DNA of 32,000 nucleotides from Candidatus Binatia bacterium (GTDB taxonomy: Bacteria > Desulfobacterota > Binatia > UBA9968 > JAJDTQ01). Below the pieces are notes generated by a model. The model saw only the letters and a program-made list of their open reading frames with translations, did not search any database and was not told where the DNA came from. The stretch covers positions 1-32,000 of the forward strand of contig JAJEAI010000056.1 in NCBI GenBank assembly GCA_022824205.1, given 5' to 3'. The first letter of the stretch is position 1. The number at the start of each line of letters is the position of its first letter. The translations under genes and the position numbers were made by a program. This document shows, piece by piece, positions 1 to 8,357 of this stretch.

Positions 1-36
1 ACGGTTTTTCATTATGATACCCAAACTAACGTAACC

Positions 37-78
37 GTTCGTCCTGAGCGTAGCGAAGCGAAGTCGAAGGACGCCAAC
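37..78. repeat. Dispersed intergenic repeat (GTTCGTCCTGAGCGTAGCGAAGCGAAGTCGAAGGACG type)
   Basis: Sequence gttcgtcctgagcgtagcgaagcgaagtcgaaggacg just beyond the stop of the dioxygenase beta ORF; a diverged inverted relative is at about 4530-4585. Confidence 0.6.
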
Positions 79-88
79 TTCACCTCCC

Positions 89-601
89 TTAGAAGAAAAT
101 ACTCAGGTTCGGCGACTGCAGCACCGCCTGGTCGAGCACGATGGTGCGGCGGGCAATCTTCCACTCGCCATCGACCCTCCGCAACACGTCGTCCCGCTCG
201 CCGACGAAAACGTCCTGGCTGTGCTCGAGCTGTGTGCGGTACACCATGAAATACGAACGAACGCGCAGCTCCGAGTCGGTCTCGCCGGGCCCCACCTCGA
301 CGTTCGTGACAAGGTGGCGCGTGCGCGAAGGCGGCACCTCCGACCACGCCATGCCCGTGGCGAGGCGGGCCACCCGGGTGCGCAGCGTCTCCTTGGTCTC
401 CTCGAAGAGCGCCAGCTCGCCGGGCTTGGACACGCTGTCCGCGGGATCGGTGCTTTCCCACGGGTTGGTCCGCTCCGGCATCCAGTAGACCACGTCGTCG
501 GTGAACAGGTCCAGCCATTCCTCGAAGGCGCGGTCGTCCAGCAGCCGCGCCTCATGGACGAGGAAGTGGTTGATCTCATGCCATAGATCGTGCTCGGTCA
601 C
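89..601 (-). CDS. Aromatic-ring-hydroxylating dioxygenase, beta (small) subunit
   Basis: 170 aa; MTEHDLWHEINHFLVHEARLLDDRAFEEWLDLFTDDVVYWMP and the SNF2-like fold pattern of the family; directly downstream of a Rieske alpha subunit on the same strand. Confidence 0.88.
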   Translation of the reverse strand: MTEHDLWHEINHFLVHEARLLDDRAFEEWLDLFTDDVVYWMPERTNPWESTDPADSVSKPGELALFEETKETLRTRVARLATGMAWSEVPPSRTRHLVTNVEVGPGETDSELRVRSYFMVYRTQLEHSQDVFVGERDDVLRRVDGEWKIARRTIVLDQAVLQSPNLSIFF

Positions 602-652
602 GTTGCCTCCGCCTTGCCTTGGTGCCCTGTCCGCCGGTTGCTTGCGAGGCGG

Positions 653-1885
653 TCACCAGTACCGGGTCTCCAGGTCGACGTCGTCCCAGCTCTCGGCCCT
701 CATCATCATCTCCCAGCGGGAGTAGAAGGCCCGCAGACGCCTGCCGCCGCCGATGGGCGGGCAGCGGTCCTCGTGTCCGAGATGGGCCTGGATGTTCTGG
801 GGGTAGCGCTTGGCGATGACGCCGCGCGCGGTGTCGGTGCACTGGATCCAGTTGTTCATGTCGTCCTGCTCCAGGTTTCCGGCCGGGCCGAAGGTCTGGG
901 TCAGGTGCAGCCGCATGGCGGTCTTGACATCCTCGGGGGCGTCCTTGTCCACCACGCAATACGACCAGATCTCGGTCTTGTCCGGGCCCTTGGGGTGCCA
1001 CAACCGGATCATGTGCCGGCTGAAGTTGGGCGACAGGTTGGGAAACACGGTGGTGACCAGACCGGGGCGTTCGGCCATGTCGGGGCCGACGCGATCGATC
1101 AGCTCGTCGAAGTGTTCCTCGTGATAGTCCCGTATGAGTCCTTCAGCGACCCGGGAAAGCCCACGGTCGGTATCGGGGCGCTGATCGTCGTTGGTTTGCG
1201 GGTAGTATCGAACATCCACGGGAACGCGGCGCACCGACGCATGGGTCACCGTGTGGTGGCCGTCGTCGCCGAAGAAGTTGTCGGCCGCGTACTTCCAGTT
1301 GGCGTTCATGACCCACTTGTGCACGCCGCCGATCACCTCGGTGCCGCCGGCGCGGCGGTCGAACATGAAGCTGAGTTCCTGGTCCTGGCCGCCGAGGTAC
1401 TCCAGCAGCGGCGGCGCGGCGGGGTCGAAGGTGGCGAAGACGAGCCCCTTGAAGGTGTCGAGCTGGGCCACTTCCACGAGCCCCCACTGGCTCATGTCCA
1501 ACTCGTTGCTGTAGATCTCCTTCATGCCCGGGACGCCGATGAGCTTGCCGTCGTTGCCGTAGCACCAGCCGTGGTAGGTGCACATGAGCGAGCTGGCGTT
1601 GCCCTGGTCCGCCCGGCACACCCGGTTGCCGCGGTGGCGGCACATGTTGAGAAAAGCCCGAACCGTCCCATCCTGCCCCCGCCAGAGCAGCACCGGGTCT
1701 TCGCCCATGTAGGTGGCAAGGAAGTCGTTAGGGTTGGGGATCTGGGTCTCGTGGCCGAGAAACAGCCAGCAGCGCGCGAAGATCCGCTCCAGTTCCTGCT
1801 CGTAGATGTCCTGGGAGACGAACACCTGGCGGTCCAGCAGGCCCTGTCGGGTGTCCACGAATTCGTTCATGCGGTTCATTCCCAT
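653..1885 (-). CDS. Rieske [2Fe-2S] aromatic-ring-hydroxylating dioxygenase, alpha subunit
   Basis: 410 aa; Rieske motif CRHRGNRVC...CTYHGW and mononuclear-iron region [22 protein letters not shown]. Confidence 0.93.
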   Translation of the reverse strand: MGMNRMNEFVDTRQGLLDRQVFVSQDIYEQELERIFARCWLFLGHETQIPNPNDFLATYMGEDPVLLWRGQDGTVRAFLNMCRHRGNRVCRADQGNASSLMCTYHGWCYGNDGKLIGVPGMKEIYSNELDMSQWGLVEVAQLDTFKGLVFATFDPAAPPLLEYLGGQDQELSFMFDRRAGGTEVIGGVHKWVMNANWKYAADNFFGDDGHHTVTHASVRRVPVDVRYYPQTNDDQRPDTDRGLSRVAEGLIRDYHEEHFDELIDRVGPDMAERPGLVTTVFPNLSPNFSRHMIRLWHPKGPDKTEIWSYCVVDKDAPEDVKTAMRLHLTQTFGPAGNLEQDDMNNWIQCTDTARGVIAKRYPQNIQAHLGHEDRCPPIGGGRRLRAFYSRWEMMMRAESWDDVDLETRYW

Positions 1886-1959
1886 GGCTTGTGCTCCCCT
1901 ACGCTCTCGGCGGTCCTATCGAAGACGGGTCCACGTTTCCCACACGAACCCGGACCCGG

Positions 1960-2349
1960 TCAAACGGTTTCCAGCCCGAGGTGTTTCTCGATGGGATCGA
2001 AGTCTCGATCGCGATGAAGCAGCCTGTGGCCGTTCTCGATGCAGAAAGTCCCGATCAGCATGTCGATGGTCTTGCGCACCGTAACGCCTTTGGCGCGCAG
2101 CGCACGGTAGTTGCCGGCGCTCTTGAGAGCGATGTCCCGACCCACCATGGGCTCGAACACAAGGGTGTCCAGCGCCGCGCGCGCCTTGCCAACGTCCTGT
2201 TCGGAACGAAAGCCTTGCAAGACTTCGGCGAGGATGAGGTCGCCGATGACGATCGGTTCCTCTCCCAGGAAGTCGTCGAGCAACGCGGTTTCTCGATTCT
2301 CGACGCCGTTGAAGTAGTCGATCCAGACGGAGGAATCGACGACAATCAT
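1960..2349 (-). CDS. vapC: PIN-domain ribonuclease toxin, VapC-like
   Basis: 129 aa; MIVVDSSVWIDYF, ILAEVLQGF, TIDMLIGTFC, LLHRDRDFDPI acidic PIN motifs; ATGA overlap with upstream antitoxin-like ORF. Confidence 0.88.
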   Translation of the reverse strand: MIVVDSSVWIDYFNGVENRETALLDDFLGEEPIVIGDLILAEVLQGFRSEQDVGKARAALDTLVFEPMVGRDIALKSAGNYRALRAKGVTVRKTIDMLIGTFCIENGHRLLHRDRDFDPIEKHLGLETV

Positions 2350-2540
2350 CGGTCCCGCCGCATCTGGTCGAGCGAACCCTCCCAGCGCAGCTTTCCGCGC
2401 AGCCGCCGGATTCGGCTCTGTGCCTGCGTTTGCACCAGCAGGCGCAAACCCTCTTCCACGGCGGCCTTCTTGGTCTTGTATCCGCCCGCCTTCAGCGCCT
2501 TGGTCATCAAGTCGTCGTCGATTTCGATATTGGTGCGCAT
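2346..2540 (-). CDS. vapB: VapB-like antitoxin
   Basis: MRTNIEIDDDLMTKALKAGGYKTKKAAVEEGLRLLVQTQAQSRIRRLRGKLRWEGSLDQMRRDR; start moved from the ORF-track start 2645 to the internal Met at 2540 that begins the RHH-like domain. Confidence 0.85.
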   Translation of the reverse strand: MRTNIEIDDDLMTKALKAGGYKTKKAAVEEGLRLLVQTQAQSRIRRLRGKLRWEGSLDQMRRDR

Positions 2541-2745
2541 GCCGATCCCCTGATGTGTATGGTTGCAGAGATCATACACATGAGCACGTACCTGCGCAAG
2601 AGAGGATTCAAACACGCCTCCATGACCAAGCGACCTTCGGCCCACCGGTCAGCTTGACAGTGTTCTTTCCCGCGACATAGTTTCTGGGGCCGAGTCATGC
2701 TCGCACCCAAGGCGGCAAGATACCCATGGAAGGCGTTGGAAGACA

Positions 2746-3960
2746 ATGAGACCCGACCATCCTCCCCTCTCCCGCATCCGTGTCCTCGACTTCGGCCACG
2801 TGCTGGCGGCGCCGTTCTGCACGCGGCTGCTGGCGGACCTCGGCGCGGACGTGGTGCGGGTGGAGAGCAGCAGGCACCCGGACTTCCCGTGGCCGTCGTC
2901 CTACCGGCACCCGGACGGGCGCCACGCCTCCTATCTCAACACCAACCGCAACAAGCGCTCGGTGAGCATCGACCTGAAGCACCCGGCGGGGTGCGATGTC
3001 GCCCGGCGCCTGGCCGAGGCCGCGGACGTGGTGGTGGAGAACTTCAGCGCGGGGGTCATGGACCGGCTGGGCCTGGGGTACGAGACGCTCAGGGCGGCCA
3101 ACCCCCGGCTGGTGTTCGCCAGCATGTCGGGCTACGGGCACAGCGGGCCGCGACGTGACTGGACCAGCATGAACATGAACCTCCAGGGCGCCGCCGGGCT
3201 CATGCAGGTCACCGGCGCCGAGGGGGACCCGCCCACGGCCATCTCGAACTCCTGGAACGACTACATCGGCGGGCTCCACACCTGCTACGCCGTCATCGGC
3301 GCGCTGACCGACCGTGAAACGACCGGTGCGGGCATCCACCTGGACATGGGCCAGTTCGAGTGCAGCGTCTCGATGATCGCACCGCTGCTGCTGTTCAGCG
3401 CGGTGACCGGGCGGAACCCGGAGCGGATGGGGAACCGCTCGGCCCGATTCGCCCCGCAGGGGGTGTACCGTTGTGCGGGAGAGGACCAGTGGTGTGCCGT
3501 CAGCGTCCACGACGACGCGCAGTGGCACGCGCTGGCCGAGGCGGTGGACGAGGGAGGACCGGACCCGAGGCTGGCGGGCGAGGTCCGCTTCGCCACCCTG
3601 CCGGGACGGCGGCGCCATCACGACGAGATCGACGAACGCATCGAGGCCTGGACCCGCGGGCTCGAGAGCACGGAGGTGGAGGCCCGGTTGCGGCGGGCCG
3701 GTATCTCCGCGTCACGCATGCGGCGGGTGCAGGACCTGGTGGAGGACGGTTCACCGTCCAGGGCCTACAAACGCATGGCCGAGCCCAGGGTGGGCTCCAT
3801 GCTGACGACGGCGCTGCCCTTCGAGTTCTCGGCCAGCGCCTTGCCGCCGGCAACGCCGGCCCCGTGTCTGGGACAGCACACGCGGGAGGTGCTGCGGGAA
3901 TGGCTGGACGTCCCGGAAGGCGAGTTGACGGAGCTGGCCGGCACGGGAGCGCTGGTATAA
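2746..3960 (+). CDS. CaiB/BaiF family III CoA-transferase
   Basis: 404 aa; IRVLDFGHVLAAPFCTRLLADLGADVVRVES, NTNRNKRSVSIDLKHPAG, and NDYIGG containing the expected catalytic Asp. Confidence 0.92.
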   Translation: MRPDHPPLSRIRVLDFGHVLAAPFCTRLLADLGADVVRVESSRHPDFPWPSSYRHPDGRHASYLNTNRNKRSVSIDLKHPAGCDVARRLAEAADVVVENFSAGVMDRLGLGYETLRAANPRLVFASMSGYGHSGPRRDWTSMNMNLQGAAGLMQVTGAEGDPPTAISNSWNDYIGGLHTCYAVIGALTDRETTGAGIHLDMGQFECSVSMIAPLLLFSAVTGRNPERMGNRSARFAPQGVYRCAGEDQWCAVSVHDDAQWHALAEAVDEGGPDPRLAGEVRFATLPGRRRHHDEIDERIEAWTRGLESTEVEARLRRAGISASRMRRVQDLVEDGSPSRAYKRMAEPRVGSMLTTALPFEFSASALPPATPAPCLGQHTREVLREWLDVPEGELTELAGTGALV

Positions 3961-3987
3961 CGTTCGCCCTGAGGGTGGCGCGGTGCC

Positions 3988-4509
3988 ATGAACGAATCCC
4001 CCGAAACCATCATCTCCGACGAACTGCGCCGGTGCATCGGCTTGAAAGGCCCCGTGCGCGCGCTGGAGACGTTGAGCGCGTCGGACGTCCGCCGTTACGT
4101 GGACGCCACCGGCGACGCGAACCCGCTGTGGCTCGACGACGACTTCGCCCGCTCCGCGGGATACAGGGGCCGTCTTCTGCCGCCCATCCTGGTGGGCTGG
4201 ACGCCTTTCAGCATCAAGGAGCCGGAGGGGAATGCGTCGTCTTTCGACGTGCGCCGGCAGCTTCCCGTGCCCGCGGCCTACACCAACGTGCGCAACGCGG
4301 GCAGCGAGACCGAGTGGCTGAAGCCCGTGCACCTGGGCGAACCGCTTGCTTGCCAGAGCCGAATCGTCGACATCACGGCGCGCGAGGGCAGGATGGGCGT
4401 GGGGATCTACGTCACGCAGGTGGAGGAGGTGCGCAACGCGGAGGACGAGCTGGTGTTCACGCGGCGCCACACGGTGGCGCTGTTCCGGGAACGGCAGGCA
4501 GGGGAATGA
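3988..4509 (+). CDS. Hot-dog fold dehydratase, MaoC/FAS1-like
   Basis: 173 aa; RRYVDATGDANPLWLDDDFARSAGYRGRLLPPILVGW hydratase-like motif. Confidence 0.8.
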   Translation: MNESPETIISDELRRCIGLKGPVRALETLSASDVRRYVDATGDANPLWLDDDFARSAGYRGRLLPPILVGWTPFSIKEPEGNASSFDVRRQLPVPAAYTNVRNAGSETEWLKPVHLGEPLACQSRIVDITAREGRMGVGIYVTQVEEVRNAEDELVFTRRHTVALFRERQAGE

Positions 4510-4529
4510 GCTTGCAGGTCACCCTTTGA

Positions 4530-4585
4530 CTGCGTTTGACTTCGCTTCGCGACGCTCGGCCCGAGCTGGTCGAAGGGCTCGGGAC
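4530..4585. repeat. Diverged copy of the 37-78 dispersed repeat, opposite orientation
   Basis: ttgacttcgcttcgcgacgctcggcccgagctggtcgaagg; compare with reverse complement of 37-78 (cttcgacttcgcttcgctacgctcaggacgaac). Confidence 0.5.
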
Positions 4586-4613
4586 CGACGGGAAAGGAGG
4601 CGGTTCACACGTC

Positions 4614-5804
4614 ATGGGCAGAGTGCTCGATCTCGGGGCATTGGCCGGCGCCTATGCCGCGCGGCTGCTCGCGGAGTCCGGCCACGACGTCATCCGCATG
4701 GAACCTCCCGGCGGCGACGCGGTGCGCCGCACCGGCCCGTTCCTGGGGGATGCCTCGCGCTTAGAGGATGCGTCCGGCCCGGGAGATGCGTCCGGCCTGG
4801 AGCACGGCGCCTTCCACCGTTTCCTGAACGCCGGCAAGCGGAGCTTCTCGCTGAACCTCGACTCCGCCGCCGGATGGCGCGTGTTCCTGGAACTGGTGCA
4901 AACGGCCGATGCCGTGGTGACGAGTCGCCGGCTGCCCATGGACCAGGTCCCCCCGCCGAGGGCGAACCTCGTGTGGACCGATGTCGAGGAGGCAGAGGAT
5001 GAGCTGTGCGCCTACGCCCGCTCCGGACTGCTTTCGCTCACCGGGCACCGGGACGGCCGGCCCATGCTCATGGGCGGGCAGATCATCTATCTGGCCACCG
5101 GGATTCAAGCGGCCGTGGCCACGGCCGCGGCACTCTACGTGCTCCAGCGCACTGGCCAGGGCCAGCACGTGCGCGTCTCCATGCAGGACTGCCTGGAGAC
5201 CTTCGTCGAGCAGGCCATGGTGGAGTACACGTTCTCGGGGACGCGCACCGAGCGGCGCGGCAACCGCGGCACCATCACTGCCGTTTCCGGGGCGCTGCCG
5301 TGCAAGGACGGCCACTGGGTGGTGAGCCAGATCAACCGGCCCGGCCGCTGGGAGAAATTCGTGGAGTGGGTCCAGGACCCCGAGCTCATGGCGGACCCCT
5401 CGCTGGCGTCGGACGACGCGCAGCGGGAGAACAAGGACTTCATCATGGACCGGGTGCTGGCGTGGTCGAAACAGTTCACCAAGTCGGACATCGTCGAGGA
5501 GGGACAGCGCCGCCGGTTTCCGTCGTCACCCGTGTCGACGCCGCTGGACCTGGCCCGGGACCCGCAGCTCATGGCGCGCGGCTACCTCACCGAGGCGGAG
5601 GACCCCCGTTTCGGGCGCATCCCGTTTCCGCGTGGCGCCGTCGCGCGGGTGCGGGATCAGGAAATCGGGCCGGCGCCTGCGCTGGGACAGCACGACGCGG
5701 AAATACTGGCGGAACTGGGCTACTCACGCGCAGACCACCGGAGACTGGCGGAGACCGGCGCCATCGGAGGCGATGAGGGCGATTGGGGGACGACTGAACC
5801 GTGA
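4614..5804 (+). CDS. CaiB/BaiF family III CoA-transferase homologue, catalytic Asp apparently absent
   Basis: MGRVLDLGALAGAYAARLLAESGHDVIRMEPPGG, LNAGKRSFSLNLD. Start moved from 4536 to 4614, with ggaaaggagg at 4591-4600 upstream; the 4536 start lies in repeat sequence. Confidence 0.87.
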   Translation: MGRVLDLGALAGAYAARLLAESGHDVIRMEPPGGDAVRRTGPFLGDASRLEDASGPGDASGLEHGAFHRFLNAGKRSFSLNLDSAAGWRVFLELVQTADAVVTSRRLPMDQVPPPRANLVWTDVEEAEDELCAYARSGLLSLTGHRDGRPMLMGGQIIYLATGIQAAVATAAALYVLQRTGQGQHVRVSMQDCLETFVEQAMVEYTFSGTRTERRGNRGTITAVSGALPCKDGHWVVSQINRPGRWEKFVEWVQDPELMADPSLASDDAQRENKDFIMDRVLAWSKQFTKSDIVEEGQRRRFPSSPVSTPLDLARDPQLMARGYLTEAEDPRFGRIPFPRGAVARVRDQEIGPAPALGQHDAEILAELGYSRADHRRLAETGAIGGDEGDWGTTEP

Positions 5805-6259
5805 TGTCCGACGACAGCACAACGATTGCCGAGCAACGATTCTTCGAGGACGTCCAACCCGGCACGGAGCTGGCGGCCCGCGAGTACGGCCCCCTGACCG
5901 TCATCGACACCGTGCGCTGGGCCGGCCTGCAGGAGAACACGCAGCAGCTCCACTACGACCGCGACTGGGTGCGCGACCACGCCGGCCTGCGCACCTTCAT
6001 CGCCAGCGGCGCCTACCGGCAGGCCCTGCTGATGCGCATGCTCACCGATTGGCTGGGACCCCGAGGCCGGCTGCGGAAGCTCGGCATCCGGCACACCTAC
6101 TCGACCTTCGAGGGCGACACCATGCGTTTTACCGCGAGGGCGGTCGAGAAGAGTGAGGACCCCGCCGATCCGTGGATCGCGTGCGAGCTGGAAGGCGCGA
6201 ACCAGGAAGGCCGGCAGATCCTCACCGGCCGGTGCACCCTGGTGCTGCCCACCCGGTAG
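5801..6259 (+). CDS. MaoC-like hot-dog hydratase
   Basis: 152 aa; EDVQPGTELAAREYGPLTVIDTVRWAGLQENTQQLHYDRDW; start (GTG 5801 or ATG 5804) overlaps upstream stop. Confidence 0.8.
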   Translation: MMSDDSTTIAEQRFFEDVQPGTELAAREYGPLTVIDTVRWAGLQENTQQLHYDRDWVRDHAGLRTFIASGAYRQALLMRMLTDWLGPRGRLRKLGIRHTYSTFEGDTMRFTARAVEKSEDPADPWIACELEGANQEGRQILTGRCTLVLPTR

Positions 6260-6337
6260 CGCCGGGACACGCCGTCCACAGCCCCTCGGCGGCGCGGCAA
6301 CGTGCTCGGGCCAGCGTACCGGGCAAGACGCGGCGTG

Positions 6338-7387
6338 TCACTTCTTCGGAAGAACGATTCCCTTCAACCTTTCCACGAGCCCCGACTCCAGACCGTAGAG
6401 CTTGTTGACGCTGCTCAAGGTGGCGGCGCCGTCGATGGGGTCCACCGCCAGACGCAGCTTCTTGGCCTCCGCCCGCAGCGCGGGATCGTTGAGGGCGTCG
6501 ATAAACGCCTTCTGCATCAGCTTGAGCCGCGCTTCCGGCATGTTGGGCGGCGTGGAATAGGGGAACTGACCACGGTGCGCGTAGTCCGCCACCTCCAGGA
6601 GCTTGCGCGCATCCGCGGTCTTGGCGTAGTCGATGGCCCGCGGGATCTCCTTGATGTCCGGATGCACGTTGAGCGTGTTCTGGACGACCATGTTGACCCT
6701 GCCGGCCTCGAAGGCTTCCCGCCAGATGGAGTTCACCGTGTGCAGCGAGCCGCAGTACCCGTCCGCTTCCCCGGCCTCCACCGCCACCCGCGCCCTGGCA
6801 CCGCCCCGGTAACCATCGACGACCTTCGTGGGGAGCCCGAGTGCCGCCTTCATGAACTTCGGGATGTCCGAGGTGCTGGTGCCCGGCCCGATGGCGGAAA
6901 TGAACATCTCCCGCTTCGAGCCGAACCAGTCGTCCATGCTCTTGATACCGCTCTTCCGGTTGAAGCTGCAGACGCTGTGGTTGGGGGCCGGCACGCCGAG
7001 CCAGCCGAACTTCCGGCCGTCGAACTTCGCCGCCTTGTTGCCCATGACGTGCTGGAGCACCAGCGGGCCGGCGAAGGCGCCGATGGTGAGGCCGTCGGGC
7101 TTCGCCGTGTTGTAGATGTAGTTGGCCGCGATCATGCCCGCGGCGCCGGTCATGTTCTGCACCAGGGTCGTCGGATTGCCCGGCAGGTGCTTGCCGAGGT
7201 GCCGGGCGATCAACCGCGTGTACAAGTCGAAGGAGCCGCCCGGCGAGTAGGCCACCACCAGCTTGACGGTCTTCCCCGCGAAGGACTCCTGCGCGGTTGC
7301 CGGGACGGCCAGCGCCGCGACAAACGCCAGCCCCAACACGAGCCCGGTGATCATCCTGAAACGTTTGCACATGAGCTTTTCCTCCAT
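6338..7387 (-). CDS. Tripartite tricarboxylate transporter substrate-binding protein (TctC/Bug family)
   Basis: Signal peptide MCKRFRMITGLVLGLAFVAALAVPATAQ followed by KLVVAYSPGGSFDLYTRLIARHLGKHLPGNPTTLVQNMTGAAGMIAANYIYN; start moved from 7711 to 7387. Confidence 0.88.
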   Translation of the reverse strand: MEEKLMCKRFRMITGLVLGLAFVAALAVPATAQESFAGKTVKLVVAYSPGGSFDLYTRLIARHLGKHLPGNPTTLVQNMTGAAGMIAANYIYNTAKPDGLTIGAFAGPLVLQHVMGNKAAKFDGRKFGWLGVPAPNHSVCSFNRKSGIKSMDDWFGSKREMFISAIGPGTSTSDIPKFMKAALGLPTKVVDGYRGGARARVAVEAGEADGYCGSLHTVNSIWREAFEAGRVNMVVQNTLNVHPDIKEIPRAIDYAKTADARKLLEVADYAHRGQFPYSTPPNMPEARLKLMQKAFIDALNDPALRAEAKKLRLAVDPIDGAATLSSVNKLYGLESGLVERLKGIVLPKK

Positions 7388-7489
7388 GTTGACGGCCTTT
7401 CGGACTCCGTGCTGTATAGTACAAACCAAGGCCGGGTAACAGGGCAAGGCACCTCTTGGACATCCGCGCCGGAAGGGGTTTCGAACGAT

Positions 7490-8242
7490 ATGATCATTCA
7501 CGGGATGAGTTCGCGAGAGGCCAAGGCCCGCGTGGACGAGCACTACCGCCAAGTGGCGCAACGGTGGCGCGAGCGGGTGACCGGCTCGCGGTTCATGATT
7601 CAGCTCATGGAGGGAAGCCTGCCGCGGGACGCGCTGCGGACGTTCTTCAAGAACTGGGCTTCCTACACCATCGAGATCAACACGGTGGAGGCGGCGTCCT
7701 ACCACAAGCACATCGCCTTCTTCCGGCGCAACCGCGACCTCATGGCGCCCATGGCCCGCAAGCTCGCCGATGAGCTATTGCATCCGGAGCCGCCCGGACA
7801 CATCCACGTGGTGCTGGAGACGGCCAAGGCGTTGGGGATCGAGGAGGACGAGGTTTACCTGGAGCCCATGTTGGCCGAGTTCCGCGCCAAGATCGACTTC
7901 AAGCGCGCGATCCTCTGGGAAGGCTCCGTGGCCGAGTTCTACGCCGCGGGAGCCACCGAGGAGCAGACCGGCTACTGGTCGGCGGACTGCTTCAAGGCCC
8001 TCACCACCCACTACGGCCTCACCCCAGAGCAGGCCGTCTACTTCTCCACCCACGAGGAAGCCGACCTCAAGGAGCACGAGGACGGCGTCATGGGCCACGG
8101 CAGCTTCCGCCGCCTGGTGCTGCAACGCCTCCTGGAGGGCGGCATCGAGGTGCGCGCCGGCTACGACCTCGACTACTGCGGCCGCACCGCCGTGGACCTC
8201 CACGGCGGCATCCTCAACGCCTGCCTGGCGGCGGAAGGCTGA
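7490..8242 (+). CDS. TenA/PqqC-like (haem-oxygenase-like fold) protein
   Basis: 250 aa from MIIHGMSSREAKARVDEHYRQVAQRWRERVTG; helical protein with HKHIAFFRRN, EEADLKEHEDGVMGH. The 6302 start on the track includes antisense read-through. Confidence 0.7.
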   Translation: MIIHGMSSREAKARVDEHYRQVAQRWRERVTGSRFMIQLMEGSLPRDALRTFFKNWASYTIEINTVEAASYHKHIAFFRRNRDLMAPMARKLADELLHPEPPGHIHVVLETAKALGIEEDEVYLEPMLAEFRAKIDFKRAILWEGSVAEFYAAGATEEQTGYWSADCFKALTTHYGLTPEQAVYFSTHEEADLKEHEDGVMGHGSFRRLVLQRLLEGGIEVRAGYDLDYCGRTAVDLHGGILNACLAAEG

Positions 8243-8357
8243 GGGACGACCCCGACACCGCCGAGTCGGTCCATTTCGTTGCGGTTGCCAAACGCGGCCA
8301 TAGCTTGACCGGAGCTTTATCTGTCCTTAACGATCGTGTGCCAAGCTCTGATCGCGT

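Noticed and set aside
590-2017. 475-aa plus-strand ORF opposite the Rieske alpha subunit
   Set aside because: Antisense shadow ORF in GC-rich DNA; no recognisable domain and the minus strand has clear Rieske motifs.
6302-7489. N-terminal ~396 residues of the 646-aa plus-strand ORF
   Set aside because: Antisense to the TctC-type gene; the conserved TenA-like protein begins at 7490.
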